A stretch of DNA of 64,000 bases. It comes from Heterodontus francisci. Its lineage: Eukaryota. The first letter of the stretch is position 1. Each line of letters opens with the position of its first letter. The notes under the pieces are model-generated. The model searched no databases, had not been told where the DNA came from, and saw only the letters and a list, made by a program, of their open reading frames with translations. The position numbers and the translations under genes were made by a program. Where the stretch lies: NCBI RefSeq assembly GCF_036365525.1, contig NC_090387.1, positions 76,445,300 to 76,509,299 of the forward strand. Direction: 5' to 3'. Below, piece by piece: positions 33,154-47,129 of this stretch.

Positions 33154-35589
33154 GAGTGAGTGAGTGTTGGCAAGTGATTCCCAAGATCTAGATAGTGAGG
33201 ATAGGCGAGAGTAATCCCTAATATCTAGATCATGATGGTGGATGAGATTGATCCCTAATATCTGGATCTTGACGATGGATGAGATTGATCCTCAATATCT
33301 AGATCATGAGGGTATTTGAAAGTGATCCCAAATATCTAGATCGTGAGGGTATGCGATAGTTATCCCCAACATCTAAATTGTAATGGTAGACAAGATTGAT
33401 CCCCAATATCTATATTGTAATGGTAGACAAGATTGATCCCCAATATCTATATTGTAATGGTGGACAAGAGGGATCCCCAATATCTAGATTGTAATAGTAG
33501 GCAAGTGTGATCCCCAATATTTAGACTGTGCAGATGGTTAGAGTGATCCCCAATATCTAGGAGTATAGTATCCCTTATTGAGGTTATAAGCTAATATAGT
33601 CCATGGGCTTTAGATGTCATGGGACAGGTGGGCCTTTAATCAGGAGCAAGCTATAGCTTGGATAGATAATAAGATTACTTTTCAGTCTTTGCTGTTGATA
33701 AAGTCCAGCCTATATTGTTATAAACTGCCCTTTAGACAATCTAACATGACATAAACACTTGAAATTATGGAGAGTTGCCACAATATTATATGTAGACTTG
33801 CAAGGAAACTCCAGAACTCCAGGCCAGCACAACATGACTTTGCTTGCATTATTAATACATACCACTCTTTTCTATCTACCGGTAATGGGACAGAGCTAGA
33901 CTGCAGCTCCGCACTGTGAAAGATATAATAATGGGATAGTTGATGCAATACATGGTGTAACTATTTATGGCAGCGATCCAGTATTTTGTCTCTCCTGCAA
34001 TAACTGAGATACTTCATGATTTACTCCATTCACATATCAAACAAGTAACTGAAGAGTTTGTATGGTGATGCACAATAAATACTATATTATTCAGCACAGA
34101 AGAGTATCAATTTCCCAAGTGTTCACTGAACTTATTTTTAAATCCATGAGTACAGTTGCTTCAGACAAATATAATTCACTTACAATATCACTTCAGTTCA
34201 ATGTGACTTGTGTTTATATAAATCATATTGAACATTCTAAATTTAAACTGTTTAGTAAAATATGGCAATCTTACCTCTGCATACACAGAATTTACAAAAT
34301 ATTGATGTAACCAGAAGCAGCAGGAGGAAATCTCCACTCCCTTTTATAGATACAGATCCACCAGGGTAGAATATCTGATTCTTGCTCTGCAATATCTCAA
34401 ATGTAAATACATGTCTCAACGTAATAGTTATATCATACCACTGGAAAGGTATGAACAATACAACGCAGATGTGTGAACAATACAACACATGCACCTTTCA
34501 ACACTTAAATTCAAACACTGATATACACAGTAACAATGTGATTTAATCTGACAATACCACATCCAGGTTAGTAAACATAGAGATTGTAAATAATACTGGT
34601 TAGAAATATACATGTATTTTTGTAACATTAAGTCAGAAAAATAATGGTACAATGGGTAGAGGAGAAATGTTTCAATTTACCTTCTATGTTCTCTCCTATT
34701 CTAGCCGTGCCCTCATTCACTGCCAAAACCTACCCTTCTCTTTGACAGACCCGCATTCCCTCTTATTGATGGACTGGAAGATCACACCTTTGCTGTTGAT
34801 CCTTCTCTGTGACAGACCTGGACTGGAGAATCTCACCACTGCTGTTGAGACCCTCTGTGAGAGACCTGTAGTCTATCTCACTGATGGGCTGGAGAATCTC
34901 ACCGTTCCTGCAGGCACTTCTCTATTCCAGACCTACACACAATCTCACTGTTGCTGCTGAGCTCCTGCTAAAAGTTGTCAACGTCATTTAAAATTGAACA
35001 GATTCGACTTAAATTTCTGAATTACACAGACAGGAGTTTTCTGAAATTAAAAAATATTGCTAACTAAACTTCGGGAGCAGGCATTTGATAAAATATTTCT
35101 TTGCTTACAAGCACCTTAAGAAGCTACTTGAATCACATGAAAGTATATGATTGTGTCAATTCCAGATCACATTGTCACAGCAAAAATTATGCATTGCTGT
35201 TTTGGTCTTCACGCTCCAATAAATATAGGTGTGCTAAACACTTTCTGATGAAAACTCTGTACCTTTAAAATGAAGCGTTGCCACCCAAGTGACTTTGAAT
35301 TAAGCTGCCTGTTAGGACTGTGATCCTTTTTGTTGAGATACATCCTGTACATTGTATCATAATTTCTCCTCTCCATTGGCATCAGCGCTGGAACTGTGAC
35401 CGAGTGGGACTGCTCCTGGGTTAAAATCCTGAAACTCCCTTCGTAACAGCAATGTAGGTATACCTGGCCCACATGGACTGCAGCGATTCAAGAAGGCAGC
35501 TCACCACCACCTTCCAAAGGGCAAGTAGGGATTGGCAATAAATGCTGGCTTAGCCAACGACGCTGACATCCCATGAACGAATTAAAAAA

Positions 35590-36060
35590 AAACACTACTG
35601 CTATCCCAGTCTACATTCAGATGATAAAAGTTGTCCATTATAACCACTCTATAACACTTGCACCTCTCTTTAATTTCCTTACAAATGTGTTCCTCTATAT
35701 CTTTCCCACTAGTTGGTGGCCTGTAAACTACACCGAGCAATGCAATTGCACCTTTTTTGTTCCTCAGCTCCAGCCGAATAGATTTGGTCCTCGACCTCTC
35801 TGGGATATCCTCTCTCTCGAGCACTACAATGCTCCCCTTAATCAATACGGCCACCCCTCTCCCTGTCCTTTCTTTCCTGAATATCTTGTATCTGGAATTA
35901 TTTAGCAGACAGTCCTGCCCTTCTTTGAGACAGATCTCCGTTATTTCCACAACATCACACTTCCATGTGGTTATCTGCGCTTGCAACTCACCGATCTTAT
36001 TTGCCGCACACTGTGTACTCACATGTGTGCATAGTAACCCTAATTTAGACTTTATTACAT
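35590..36060 (-). mobile_element. CR1 endonuclease fragment
   Basis: ORF 35582-36022 with GVAVLIK and GVVYRPP. Confidence 0.8.
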
Positions 36061-37004
36061 TCCCTCTTAATCTGACCCAACCTCATAACTTTTCTATTTC
36101 CTACTCTAGTACAATCTGTCTCTCCCAATTCTCTATGCTCAAAGTCATTATCCCAGAAGTTTTCCATTAGCTGCTTCCACTCGGAGAGAAACGCCACTGA
36201 TATTATGAAATCATACAGCACAGGAGGAAGCCATTTGACCCATCGCTCCTTTGAGATGGTTATTCGGTTAGTCCCATTCCTCTGCTCTTTTCCCACAAGA
36301 CCTGGATAGTTTTCCTTTTCAAATTTATATTCAATTTCCTTTTGAAAGTTATTATTTCACCGCCGGGGTTTACGGGCAATGTATTCCAGGTGGAAGGCAT
36401 CTCTCCCCTCCATAGTTCTCGCCACCTATAAACTGAAGGCCAGTTGAAAACTGGTGTCAATCGCGTCCATTGTTACTAAGACGGGAGTGACCCAAAATAT
36501 CCGTTATGATTTCACTCTATGTTATTGCTTTATTAAAATACCCAGAATGGATGTGAACGTTTCCCCTCCGTTACCACTAACAAAACAGGGGTAAACCAGG
36601 AGATTATTCCCACACAGAGGGTTGAATTTTATTCGGGCACCGAGCTGGCAGCGGCGCCCTTTCAACTCAGCGCAGCGCCCGCATTTAGCAGCCGCCACAG
36701 AGCCCCCGCAATATTACGCGCGGGGGCTCATTAGCATCACAGCGCCGAGCCTCTCCCCAGATATTATGTGGGGAGAGGCGGGACATTTGGCGTAGTGTGG
36801 AACCCTTTGACAGTTGTGCAGCAGGTGGTGGGGCCCTATTTTAAGCGCCCCAGCACCTGCTTTCTGACAGCTGTCAAAGAAAAGTTTACCTGACTACTGA
36901 AGAGTAGGGCTACTGTCAATCTGGCAGCAAAGCGGAAAGTGCTGCAGATATCCAGTAGGTCAGGCAGCATCTGTGGAGAGAGAAGCAGAGTTAACTTTTC
37001 CAAG

Positions 37005-39970
37005 ATGGGAACCTAAATTGTAGTTCCAGTGTGCAGGATGTTGAGAGTAGTGAGGTCAGGGATAAGGTTATAAGGACACAAGAGGGCACTGGCAAGCAAG
37101 AGCTTGGTTTAAAATGTGTCGACTTCAACGCCAGGAGCATCCGGAATAAGGTGGGTGAGCTTGCAGCATGGGTTGGTACCTGGGATCTCGATGTTGTGGC
37201 CATTTCAGAGACATGGGTAGAGCAGGGACAGGAATGGATGTTGCGGGTTCCGGGATTTAGATGTTTCACTAAGAACAGAGAAGATGGTAAAAGAGGGGGG
37301 TGGGGGGGTGGGGGGGTGGCATTGTTAATCAAGGAAAGTATTACAGCGGCAGAAAGGACGTTTGAGGACTCGTCTACTGAGGTAGTATGGGCCGAGGTTA
37401 GAAACAGGAGAGGAGAGGTCACCCTGTTGGGAGTTTTCTATAGACCTCCAAATAGTTCCAGAGATGTAGAGGAAAGGATAGCAAAGATGATTCTTGACAG
37501 GAGCGAGAGTAACAGGGTAGTGGTTATGGGGGACTTTAACTTTCCAAATATTGACTGGAAATACTATAGTTCGAGTACTTTAGATGGGTCTGTTTTTGTC
37601 CAGTGTGTGCAGGAGGGTTTTCTGACACAGTATGTAGACAGGCCAACCAGGGGCTATGACACATTGGATTTAGTACTGGGTAATGAACCCGGCCAGGTGT
37701 TAGATTTAGAAGTTGGTGAGCACTTTTTTGATAGTGATCACAATTCGGTTAGGTTTACCTTAGCGATGGGCAGGGACAGGCATATACAGCAGGGCAAGAA
37801 TTATAGCTGGGGGAAAGGACGTTATGATGCGATTAGGCAAGATTTAGGATGTGTAGGATGGGGAAGGAAACTGCAGGGGATGGGCACAATCGAAATGTGG
37901 AGCTTATTCAAGGAGCAGCTACTGCGTGTCCTTGATAAGTATGTACCTGTCAGGCAGGGAGGAAGTTGTCGAGCGAGGGAGCCGTGGTTTACTAAAGAAG
38001 TTGAAGAGCTTGTCAAGAGGAAGAAGAAGGCTTATGTTAGGATGAGACGTGAAGGCTCAGTTAGGGCGCTTGAGAGTTACAAGATAGCCAGGAAGGATCT
38101 AAAGGGAGAGATAAGAAGAGCAAGGAGAGGACACGAGAAGTCATTGGCGGATAGGATCAAAGAAAACCCTAAGGCTTTCTATAGGTATATCAGGAATAAA
38201 AGAATGACTAGAGATAGGTTAGGGCCAATCAAGGATAGTAGTGGGAAGTTGTGTGTGGAATCGGAGGAGATAGGGGAAGAGTTAAATGAATATTTTTCGT
38301 CAGTATTTACAGTCGAGAAAGAAAATGTTGTCGAGGAGAATACTGAGATACAGACTACTAGGCTGGATGGGATTGAGGTTCACAAGGAGAAGGTGTTAGC
38401 GATTTTGGAAAGTGTGAAAATAGATACGTCCCCTGGGCCAGATGGGATTTATCCTAGGATTCTCTGGGAAGCCAGGGAGGAGATTGCAGAGCATTTGTCC
38501 TTGATTTTTATTTCGTCATTGTCGACAGGAATAGTGCCGGAAGACTGAAGGATAGCAAATGTTGTCCCCTTGTTCAAGAAGGGGAGTAGAGACAGCCCTG
38601 GTAATTATAGACCTGTGATCCTTACTTCGGTTGTGGGTAAAATGTTGGAAAAGGTTATAAGAGATAGGATTTATAATCATCTTGAAAAGAATAAGTTCAT
38701 TAGAGATAGTCAGCACGGTTTTGTGAAGGGTAGATCGTGCCTCACAAACCTTATTGAGTTTTTTGACAAGGTGACCAAACAGGTGGATGAGGGTAAAGCC
38801 GTGTATGTGGTCTATATGGATTTCAGTAAGGCGTTTGATAAAGTTCCCCACGGTAGGCTATTGCAGAAAATACAGAAGTATGGGATTGAAGGTGAATTAG
38901 TGCTTTGGATCAGAAATTGGCTGGCTGAAAGAAGACAGAGGGTGGTGGTTGATGGTAAATGTTCATCCTGGAGTATAGTTTCTAGTGGTGTACCGCAAGG
39001 ATCTGTTTTGGGGCCACTGCTGTTTGTCATTTTTATAAATGACCTGGATGAGGGTGTAGAAGGAAGGGTTAGTAAATTTGTGGATGACACGAACGTCGGT
39101 GGAGTTGTGGATAGTGCGGAAGGATGTTGTAGGTTACAGAGGGACATAGATAGGCTGCGGAGCTGGGCTGAGCGATGGCAACTGGAGTTTAATGCGGAAA
39201 AGTGTGAGGTGATTCACTTCGGAAGGAGTAACAGGATTGCAGAATACTGGGCTAATGGGAAGATTCTTGGTAGTGTAGATGAGCAGAGAGATCTTTGTGT
39301 CCAGGTACATAAATCCCTGAAAGTTGCCACCCAGGTTAATAGAGCTGTTAAGAAGGCATATGGTGTGTTAGCTTTTATTAGTAGGGGAATCGAGTTTAGG
39401 AGCCACGAGGTCATGCTGCAGCTGTACAGAACTCTGGTGCGGCCGCACCTGGAGTATTGCGTGCAGTTCTGGTCACCGCATTATAGGAAGGATGTGGAAG
39501 CTTTGGAAAAGGTGCAGAGGAGATTTACTAGGATGTTGCCTGGTATGGAGGGAAGGTCTTACGAGGAAAGGCTGAGGGACTTGAGGTTGTTTTCGTTGGA
39601 GAGAAGGAGGAGAAGAGGTGACTTAATAGAGACATATAAGATAATCAGAGGGTTGGACAGGGTGGATAGTGAGAGCCTTTTTCCTCGGATGGTGATGGCA
39701 AACACGAGGGGACATAGCTTTAAGTTGAGGGGTGATAGATATAGGACAGATGTCAGAGGTAGTTTCGTTAATCAGAGAGTAGTCGGGGCGTGGAACACCC
39801 TGCCTGCAACAGTAGTAGACTCGCCAACTTTAAGGGCATTTAAGTGGTCATTGGATAGACATATGGATGAAAATGGAATAGTGTAGGTCAGATAGTTTCA
39901 CAGGTCGGCGCAACATCGAGGGCCGAAGGGCCTGTACTGCGCTGTAATGTTCTATGTTCTATGTTCTAAG
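37005..39970 (+). mobile_element. CR1 LINE copy B (ORF2 only), same subfamily as copy A, inserted in a palindromic repeat
   Basis: ORFs 37031-38548 and 38570-39886 are in the same frame, separated by TGA 38546-38548; (TGTTCTA)n tail; hairpin arms at ~36925-37000 and ~39970-40050. Confidence 0.95.
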
Positions 39971-40479
39971 TTCACAGGCCTGAAATTTAACTCTGCTCCA
40001 CTCTCCACAGCTGTCGCCTGACCTGTTGAGTCACCCCAGCACTTTCTGCTTTCCTGCCACATACTTACCCTGCTGTGTCTCAGTGTCCTGTGAATTTGCG
40101 ATTCTCTTTTCCCACTCAAGAGTAAAATTCCTTCTTGTAGTCGTGCTGCACTTGGGTGAATAATCTTAAACTTGCACATTCCTGGACGTGACACTTAAAT
40201 ATACCATAAAAAGTATTACAGAGATTTACAGAAAACACACGGACACAAATGGGAATGCACGGGTGTCACAGAAATGTAAAAACGTCTTTCACTAAATGTT
40301 TCTCATCAATATGTGTGTCCTTGTCTCTGAGCCAATGATGTGTGCCAGCATGCAACGCTAATGCCACTCCCTTTGCACCGTTGGCCGTTCAGAAGAGCCA
40401 ACATGTGCTTTAACATCATTACCATGCCACCAGTACGCATGAGCGTCTCCATAGATGCAGTGGCATGGACATTGGCTCA

Positions 40480-42512
40480 ATGAGCTGCTACCTCCAATAG
40501 TTTACACAGGGATGCTGCTGATGTGGACTTGTGCACAGCAGGTGAGCGAGGGTGATGTGTGGCTTGCAGAACTCATGTTGGTTCCTATGGAGCAGACAGC
40601 CTTTGTCTGATAAGCCACTTACGTACATCCCTTCCTCACTGCTAGCCCTGTGTGCAGAGCCTGGGTGCCATATGCCCTCCCATGCGTCTTTCATATTGTA
40701 GGCATCCACCATCCTCATAGTCTGGAGAGGAATCCTGTTGAAATCTCTCCTCATCATGCCAAGCCTGGCCCCTATTGTGTGCTTAATTGGGCAGAACAGC
40801 AATGAATGGAGCCAGCTTTTTTGGCCCATAGTACAGGGCATCACACTACCCATACAGGTATTGGATGTGCTCTTTCAGCATGCTGATCTCCTGCTCAACG
40901 GTGGCTCATGTAGCTCAGTAGCTGAGGTTGTATCTCTCCTGTGCAGCAGTGGTGGAGTCTCTCACCGGGGTTGGGAGTCATTTCTGCAAAGGATAGCCCT
41001 CAATCTCCAAGGAGCCATCCCTCCATCTGAGCCAGTTCAGTGAACAGCGGTGGCAGTCGGGACTGGCGCAAGACCCGGTTGTCATGGCAGCAATTCACGC
41101 ATTCGCTGCAAGCGTCTGTGGTTTTCACATACCAGCTTCACCTAGATTGAGAGGTCTCCTTTAATGGTGATGTCTGTAGGTGGTAGCCTAGCAGAAGGCC
41201 TGATGGCCACAAGAGTGCAGTCTATGAACATTACAACCTATGGTTCTCTGGCAATGGTGCCAGAACCAATGGCCCTCTGGGTCTGGCTGTGAGAGTCCGT
41301 CCTGAAGCAGACATACTCACTGGCCCTCCGGTGCAGGGCATTGGTGACCTCCTGATGCAGCGTTGCACTGCTGACTGTGTGACCCCACAATGGTCTCTGT
41401 TGGGCCCCTAACAGGTTGCAGAGGCACCAGGCTTGGAAATCGCTGCCACTATGAGGAACAAATGCATGGGATGTCCACCGGAGCCCATGGGCTGCAGTTT
41501 CTGCTTGAGCAGGGCACAGAGATGTGTCACCATACTCTCTATATGCGCAATCTCCTCTGACACTGGTGCTCTGACATACGATGGCATATCATGTGAGGCT
41601 TGTAGATGCACGGCAACCATAATGGCAGGCTCCCCTTGGGGGCTGCTGCTCACGACCGGTGCCCTCTTTGTGGATCACACCTGCCTTTTGATTTTGCCTC
41701 CGGTGCATGCAGATCCTCACGTGCAGAGGATCACACAATGTAGGATGAGCCATACCGATTTCCATGTGATAAACAAAGTTGAACCCTGCATGCATTCGAA
41801 GGTTCCTAACAGGGCGTGGATTGGTGTTGATGGATACATCAGCTGCTTTTCTGGATCAACTATGTGATGTGCCATAGCATTGCCCATCTTGGCCTAAACT
41901 CAGAGTGGCACAACATTCTGTGTTGTATAACTGTATGACCACATCAAGATCCTACCAGCTGGATCATTTATCCCCATCATCCATAAAACCTTAATGCTCC
42001 TGACTTTCTGGCACCCTCCCCACACACAGGATGCTTAGTGTGCCATTGCCCATTCACAAGCACTGTTAATGGAGGGATGGTACACGGTACCTCCCTTCAT
42101 GCCAGCACAGCTTTCCCTCCAGTAATCCCAGACCCCTTCCCTTTCAGAATGCAGAGTGCGACCTCTGTGTATCCCGCTTCCCTGCTCCCTTCCGTAATGC
42201 AGAGTGAGGAGCTGCCGGCTTTTCAAATCATGAATGGGACGGCATGTGACGGCCACCCGTTCAACGCAGAATCCGGCAGTGTCAGCGGAGAGGCACTGGG
42301 CTTCATAATCAGCATAGATAAGTAATCATTACCAAATGTTGATTGCGGTGCCGCCGCCGTGTGTTGGGGGGCCGCACCGAGGTCCCGCCACCGCCGGTAA
42401 AATGCAGCGGGCCCGTCTCGATGTCGTGGTTTGAGATGGGCCTCTCCTCTCGGCATTTTTCTGGCCCCTGTGCCGCGATCCGCGCCATCGAAGGACTGGT
42501 AAAATTCAGCCC
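40480..42512 (-). mobile_element. Decayed PIF/Harbinger DNA transposon (HARBI1-like DDE transposase remnants)
   Basis: Minus-strand fragments EVTNAL, IDCTLV, HD..VLRQS, LGD.GYPL, TRATVEQ.I.MLK; terminal GGGCTGAATTTT at 42512-42501. Confidence 0.7.
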
Positions 42513-45500
42513 AATGAGATGGCACAAAGGCTGTTCTTGTTGCATATAAGTTAGTCCGTGAAGCTTACCGTCAGATGTTTAGGAATTTATGGAGATTGAC
42601 TGGGCAGACATATTTAGAATTTGAGACGGTGAAGCAAATGAACTTTGACCGTTGGATATGGGCATGAAAGATAGAAACCACATATGAGAATTGATTCTCT
42701 TAGAAGAGTTTAAAAACTCCATTCCTTCAGTAGTGAGAGCGCAGATAGATAACCTGAAAGTTTTGAAAGCTAGGCAAGCAGCAGAGATTGCTGATGATTT
42801 GAGCTTGTGAATAAGCCAACCTATCTTGTCTGTCACAACCATAAACCCGAGAATGATAGAAAGTGGGAGAGTGAAAGGAAGACAAGTAGCCAGGGACAAG
42901 AAGGAACAGCTGGGATTGCCCCAGGATCACTTCCTCAGATCAAAAACGGTAGAAGTGAGGTTCACAAGCTAAAGTGTTATCATTGCAACAAAACGGGTCA
43001 TCTTCATTCAGAGTGATGAAAATTGTGAGGTAAGCTTATAGGACTTGTTGGGGTACACAAAGTTATTGCAGAGGAAAAGACTCTGACTGAGATAGAGCAG
43101 ACCAGGTTATATCTTTAATGACAGCTGTGAATGTGAAACCAGATACTAAGTGTAGAGGTTATGAATAAAATATCTGAGCATTATAATGAATTTTTGTCAA
43201 ATGGGAGAGTAAATCCTTATCCTGCAAATGAGGCAAGAAAACCTATCATTATACTCAAGGACACAGGAGCAACCCAAACTCTCTTGCTGGGGAAAGATAT
43301 GAGGTTTCCACCAGAGACAGCCTTAAATGCTAAAGTTTTAGGAAATGGAATTAGCGGGGCGTATTTCAGAATACGCTTGTAAAAAATACGCCTAGAAAAT
43401 GACTTAATATCTGAGATAGTTACTGCAGGTATTGTCCACAGTTTACCAGTGAAGGTAATTGATGTACTCCTAGGAATTGATTAGGCTGGATCAAAAATAT
43501 CAGTTTTTCCTATAGTTACAGAGGAACCAAGTGAAATTAAGGAAATGGAGCAATACAGGAACAATCCATGAATATTTCCTGCGTGTGTAGTTGCCCGAGC
43601 AATGGCTAAACAGGATCCATTGTTGGAGGTAAAAGGGGAACCACAAATAGATTGCCAAGTATCTGAAGCCTTATTTGGGGATTTAGATAATCCAAGTGAG
43701 ATGTTTGACAGCACATTGCAGCACAGCAAGCTGATCCGGAGATATACTGAATAGCACAAATGGCTCTGTCAGAAGCTGAGGCAAAACGAGTTCTGGAAGG
43801 CTATTATATGGCAAAAGGGGTTTGAGGAGGAAGTGGAGACCACCTCATAGGTCTGCCGACCAATACTGGACTGTTGTTGAACAGATCGTGGTGCCACCTA
43901 AATATCGACAAGGATTATTAAGTTTAGCAAACAGCATTCCTTTTGCAGGACATAGGGGAATTCAGAAAACCAAATCACACATAAGCCAGCATTATTACTG
44001 GTCAGGTCTCACAAAGGATGTGAGACAATTTCGTAGGACATTCCATACCTGTCAAATGGTGGGCAAATCACAAACTACCATAAATCCAGCACCACTAGTT
44101 CTCATTACAGTGATTGAGGAACCATTTAGCAGGGTATTAGTCGACTGTTAGGTCCCTTGCCGAAAACAAATGTGGAGCATCAATACTTACTTAGTAACAT
44201 GGATATGGCTACTCGATTTCCAGAGGCCATTCCGTTGAGGAAAAATACTGCTAGAGTAGTGGTAGAAAATGTATCCCGATTCTTAGTGAGATATGGGTTG
44301 CCACTTGAAGTTCAATGAGATCAAGGTTCTAATTTCATGTCCAGTATATTTCAAGAAGTCATGGGTAATTTGGAGATTAGACAGTTGAAATATTCAGCAT
44401 ATCACGCACAGTCACAGGGAGCTTTAGAGAGATATCACCAGACTCTCAAAACGATGATTAGAACATACTTTCATGAATATCCACATGACTGGGATAAAGG
44501 ACTGCACTTTCTTTTATTTTCCACCAGAGACTCACCGAATGAGTCTATAGGCTTCAGTCCTTTTGAATTGGTTTATGGACATGAAGTAAGAGGTCCTCTA
44601 GAACATATAAAGGACAGATTCCTAGAACAAAAGAATGAAACATCTCTACTAGGCTATATATCTGTGCTCTGGGAAAGACTCACAAAAGCTTGTGGGGTGG
44701 CTCAGGAACACCTTAAAGCATCCCAAGCCAATATGCAAACATGGACAGATAAGAATGCAAACGCCCATGATTTTCAACCAGGGCATAAAGCATTGGTGTT
44801 GTTGTCATTACAGGGAGAACCATTGAAAGCACGGCTCAGAGGCCCATATAGAGTGCGTAAGGTAGATTACTTGATTGACACCCCTGATCACCGGAAGAAG
44901 AACCAGTTGTGTCACATTAATATGCTCAAACAATATTACCGCAAGGAGGAGGATATGCCAGGACATGTATATCAAGTAATCGGGACTGTTGAGAAGGAAA
45001 AGGATAGCAAAGACGAGGGAGAAGTAGGCCTAGGAAATTCTCAGATTGAATCTCCAACTGTCAGATTAACGAATACCGAATGGCTAGGAAAATCAGGTGA
45101 TATGCTTTTACACTTACAGGCAAAACAACGTGAAGACCTACCCAGGCTTTTCACAACGTTCCAAAAGGGATGATCCAGGATGCACAACCTTAGCCACACA
45201 TGATGTGGATATAGGGGGAAACGTTCCTTTAAAACAACATCCTTACCACTTGAGTCCAGACAGACAGGCCCAAGTGGAAGCAGTGGTACAATGCCTGCCA
45301 AAGGACAGCTTAGGTGAACCTTGTCAGGGCAGCTGCAATTCGCAGGTGGTCTTGATGTCTAAACTTGGTTGGTTGGCTTAAACGTGCATAGACTCTAGAA
45401 AAGTCACTGTGGTCAAGAAGGGAGATTCCTACCCAAATTCTCATTTAAAGGACTGTATGGACAGAGTGGGCAACAGCATATGTCTCAAAGAGACAGATGT

Positions 45501-46943
45501 GTTCGAAGGATACTGTCAAATTCCTTTGACACCCCAGGGCAAGAAATAAAATAGCTTCTCTTACACCGGACATGGGTTTTCCAATGTCAAGTGATGCCAC
45601 ATAGGTTAAGGGGTACTCAAGAAACCTCCCAGAGAATAGTGAAATCAGTGTTCTTAACTGTACAGTTCACCTGGCTGAGATGATGGACAATAAGGACACT
45701 TGGAAGGAAAATATGAAACAATTGGAAGACTATGCTTGTAAATTTGAAATGGATTAATTGGAACAACCTTGTGAAAAATTAAAGCCGAAATGTTCTGATG
45801 GAACTTGTTGCTGCAGTCTTAACATTTTAGAAAAATGTATGCCTGTAAACGTGAGAAAACACTTAGTTTTTATTTCAATTTGTTTTTTTTACCCATTGTA
45901 ATGAAACGCATTTCAGGAATGGCATTTCATCCCGCCAGGGGCGGAGGTGTTATGATCCTATAGTTTTTTTTTAGGAAGAATGCAGTGTACCTTTAAGGCT
46001 GTAAAGAGAGCAGTACTGCTTTAAGGCAGCAAGCTCTAAAAAACGGAGTCAAAGAATGCATTCTCGTTGCCCAGGATACGGCCATTCGGAGACTGTGAGT
46101 CAAAGAGTGCATTCTTGTTGCCCGGGATATGGCCATTCAGAGACTGTGAGTCAAACAGTGAATTTTCGTTGCCCGGGATGCGGCCATTCAGGACCAAAGA
46201 TCGAGAGATACAATGTTGCAATTTACTATTGAACTGGTTTATCGTGGAAACAGATGGTTCTAACTCAGAGAAACAGACAGACAGCTGTGTGTTAGCATCT
46301 GAAAAGAGGGCTCTCAGACCATTTAAAGCAAGGAAGAGAATTTATTCTGTTTACTTATTATTCTCTCTCAAAATTTTAAAAGTCAAGCCAAAACAGAGTC
46401 TTCTGATAATTTAAACCGAAGGAACGGAAGTTAGACTGTGACATTCTTTTATCTCTCAACAATTCTAAAGCCAATTTGATTCATAAAAAAAAGTGTTTGC
46501 AAGTTGTTAATTATTAAAATCAATCCCTGGAGAAGGAGCACCAATTTTGACTTCTGGATTAAACTACGGACTGTTCTGCTGTTGAAGAACCTTTTTTCCC
46601 CATCGGATGGCTGTGAAGACTTCAAGCAGCCTTGGACTGTTGCACATCCGGCAGGAGCGTAAATCTGCAAGGACTCTATTTTTTTCTATTTTAAATGTTG
46701 TTTATATCTTAGTGTGTTTAAGAATGTATTTTTCTGATTAAATATTTAATTTGTTGATTTTAAGACACCTGGGATTAATAGATGTTACCATTTGGCTGGG
46801 TCTTTCTTTAATTTGGGAAGTTTAAAATGATATGTTAGGCAATCTGTGGAGGGACGGTATTGAATTAACAGTGTGTTTCTCCCACCACAATCAGAATTGT
46901 ATATTTTGATTGGGGTCTTTGACAGGAGCGGTCGGTCATAACA
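42513..46943 (+). mobile_element. Gmr1-like Gypsy LTR element 1 (5' truncated): gag, protease, integrase, partial RT, 3' LTR
   Basis: LEEFKNSIP, CYHCNKTGH, DTGATQTLL, H..H/C integrase finger, QSQGALERYHQTLK, then RT start (HPY.LSP); polypurine tract then LTR TGTTATGA...TCATAACA at 45948-46943. Confidence 0.88.
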
Positions 46944-47129
46944 AAACTACACACACATACACAATGAATAAGTGCAGATGCATTGAGAATTACTCCAGTT
47001 AATTTCAGTAATCCAAGTCTTACATTCATCTCACATCTTGTGTCCAGACTTGGTTATAAATCAATTGAATAATTTCGGGCAAAATGTTAATGGATGGCTA
47101 GCTCTTGGATGGTGAAGAGACTTTTAGCT

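Larger units (their letters stand above)
25901..33561. repeat. 37-bp minisatellite array, roughly 100 units in three blocks (25901-27311, 27663-29470, ~33160-33561)
   Basis: Consensus GAGAGTGATCCCCAATATCTAGATCATGAGGGTGGAC; interrupted by a SINE and a CR1; unit count estimated from block length. Confidence 0.95.

Noticed and set aside
25901-33561. CRISPR-like array, coding repeat or Ig class-switch region
   Set aside because: Units are contiguous with no unique spacers; 37 is not a multiple of 3 and the frames contain frequent stops; it is not AGCT-rich and its G-rich strand is the template strand of the gene
34652-34960. 102-aa ORF with a short internal repeat (GLENLT)
   Set aside because: Local duplication of CTGGAGAATCTCACC; no domain signature or splice context
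36619-36900. GGGTTGAATTTT as the partner TIR of the Harbinger end at 42512
   Set aside because: Only about 11 of 12 bases match and no TSD pair is visible; it could be a separate MITE
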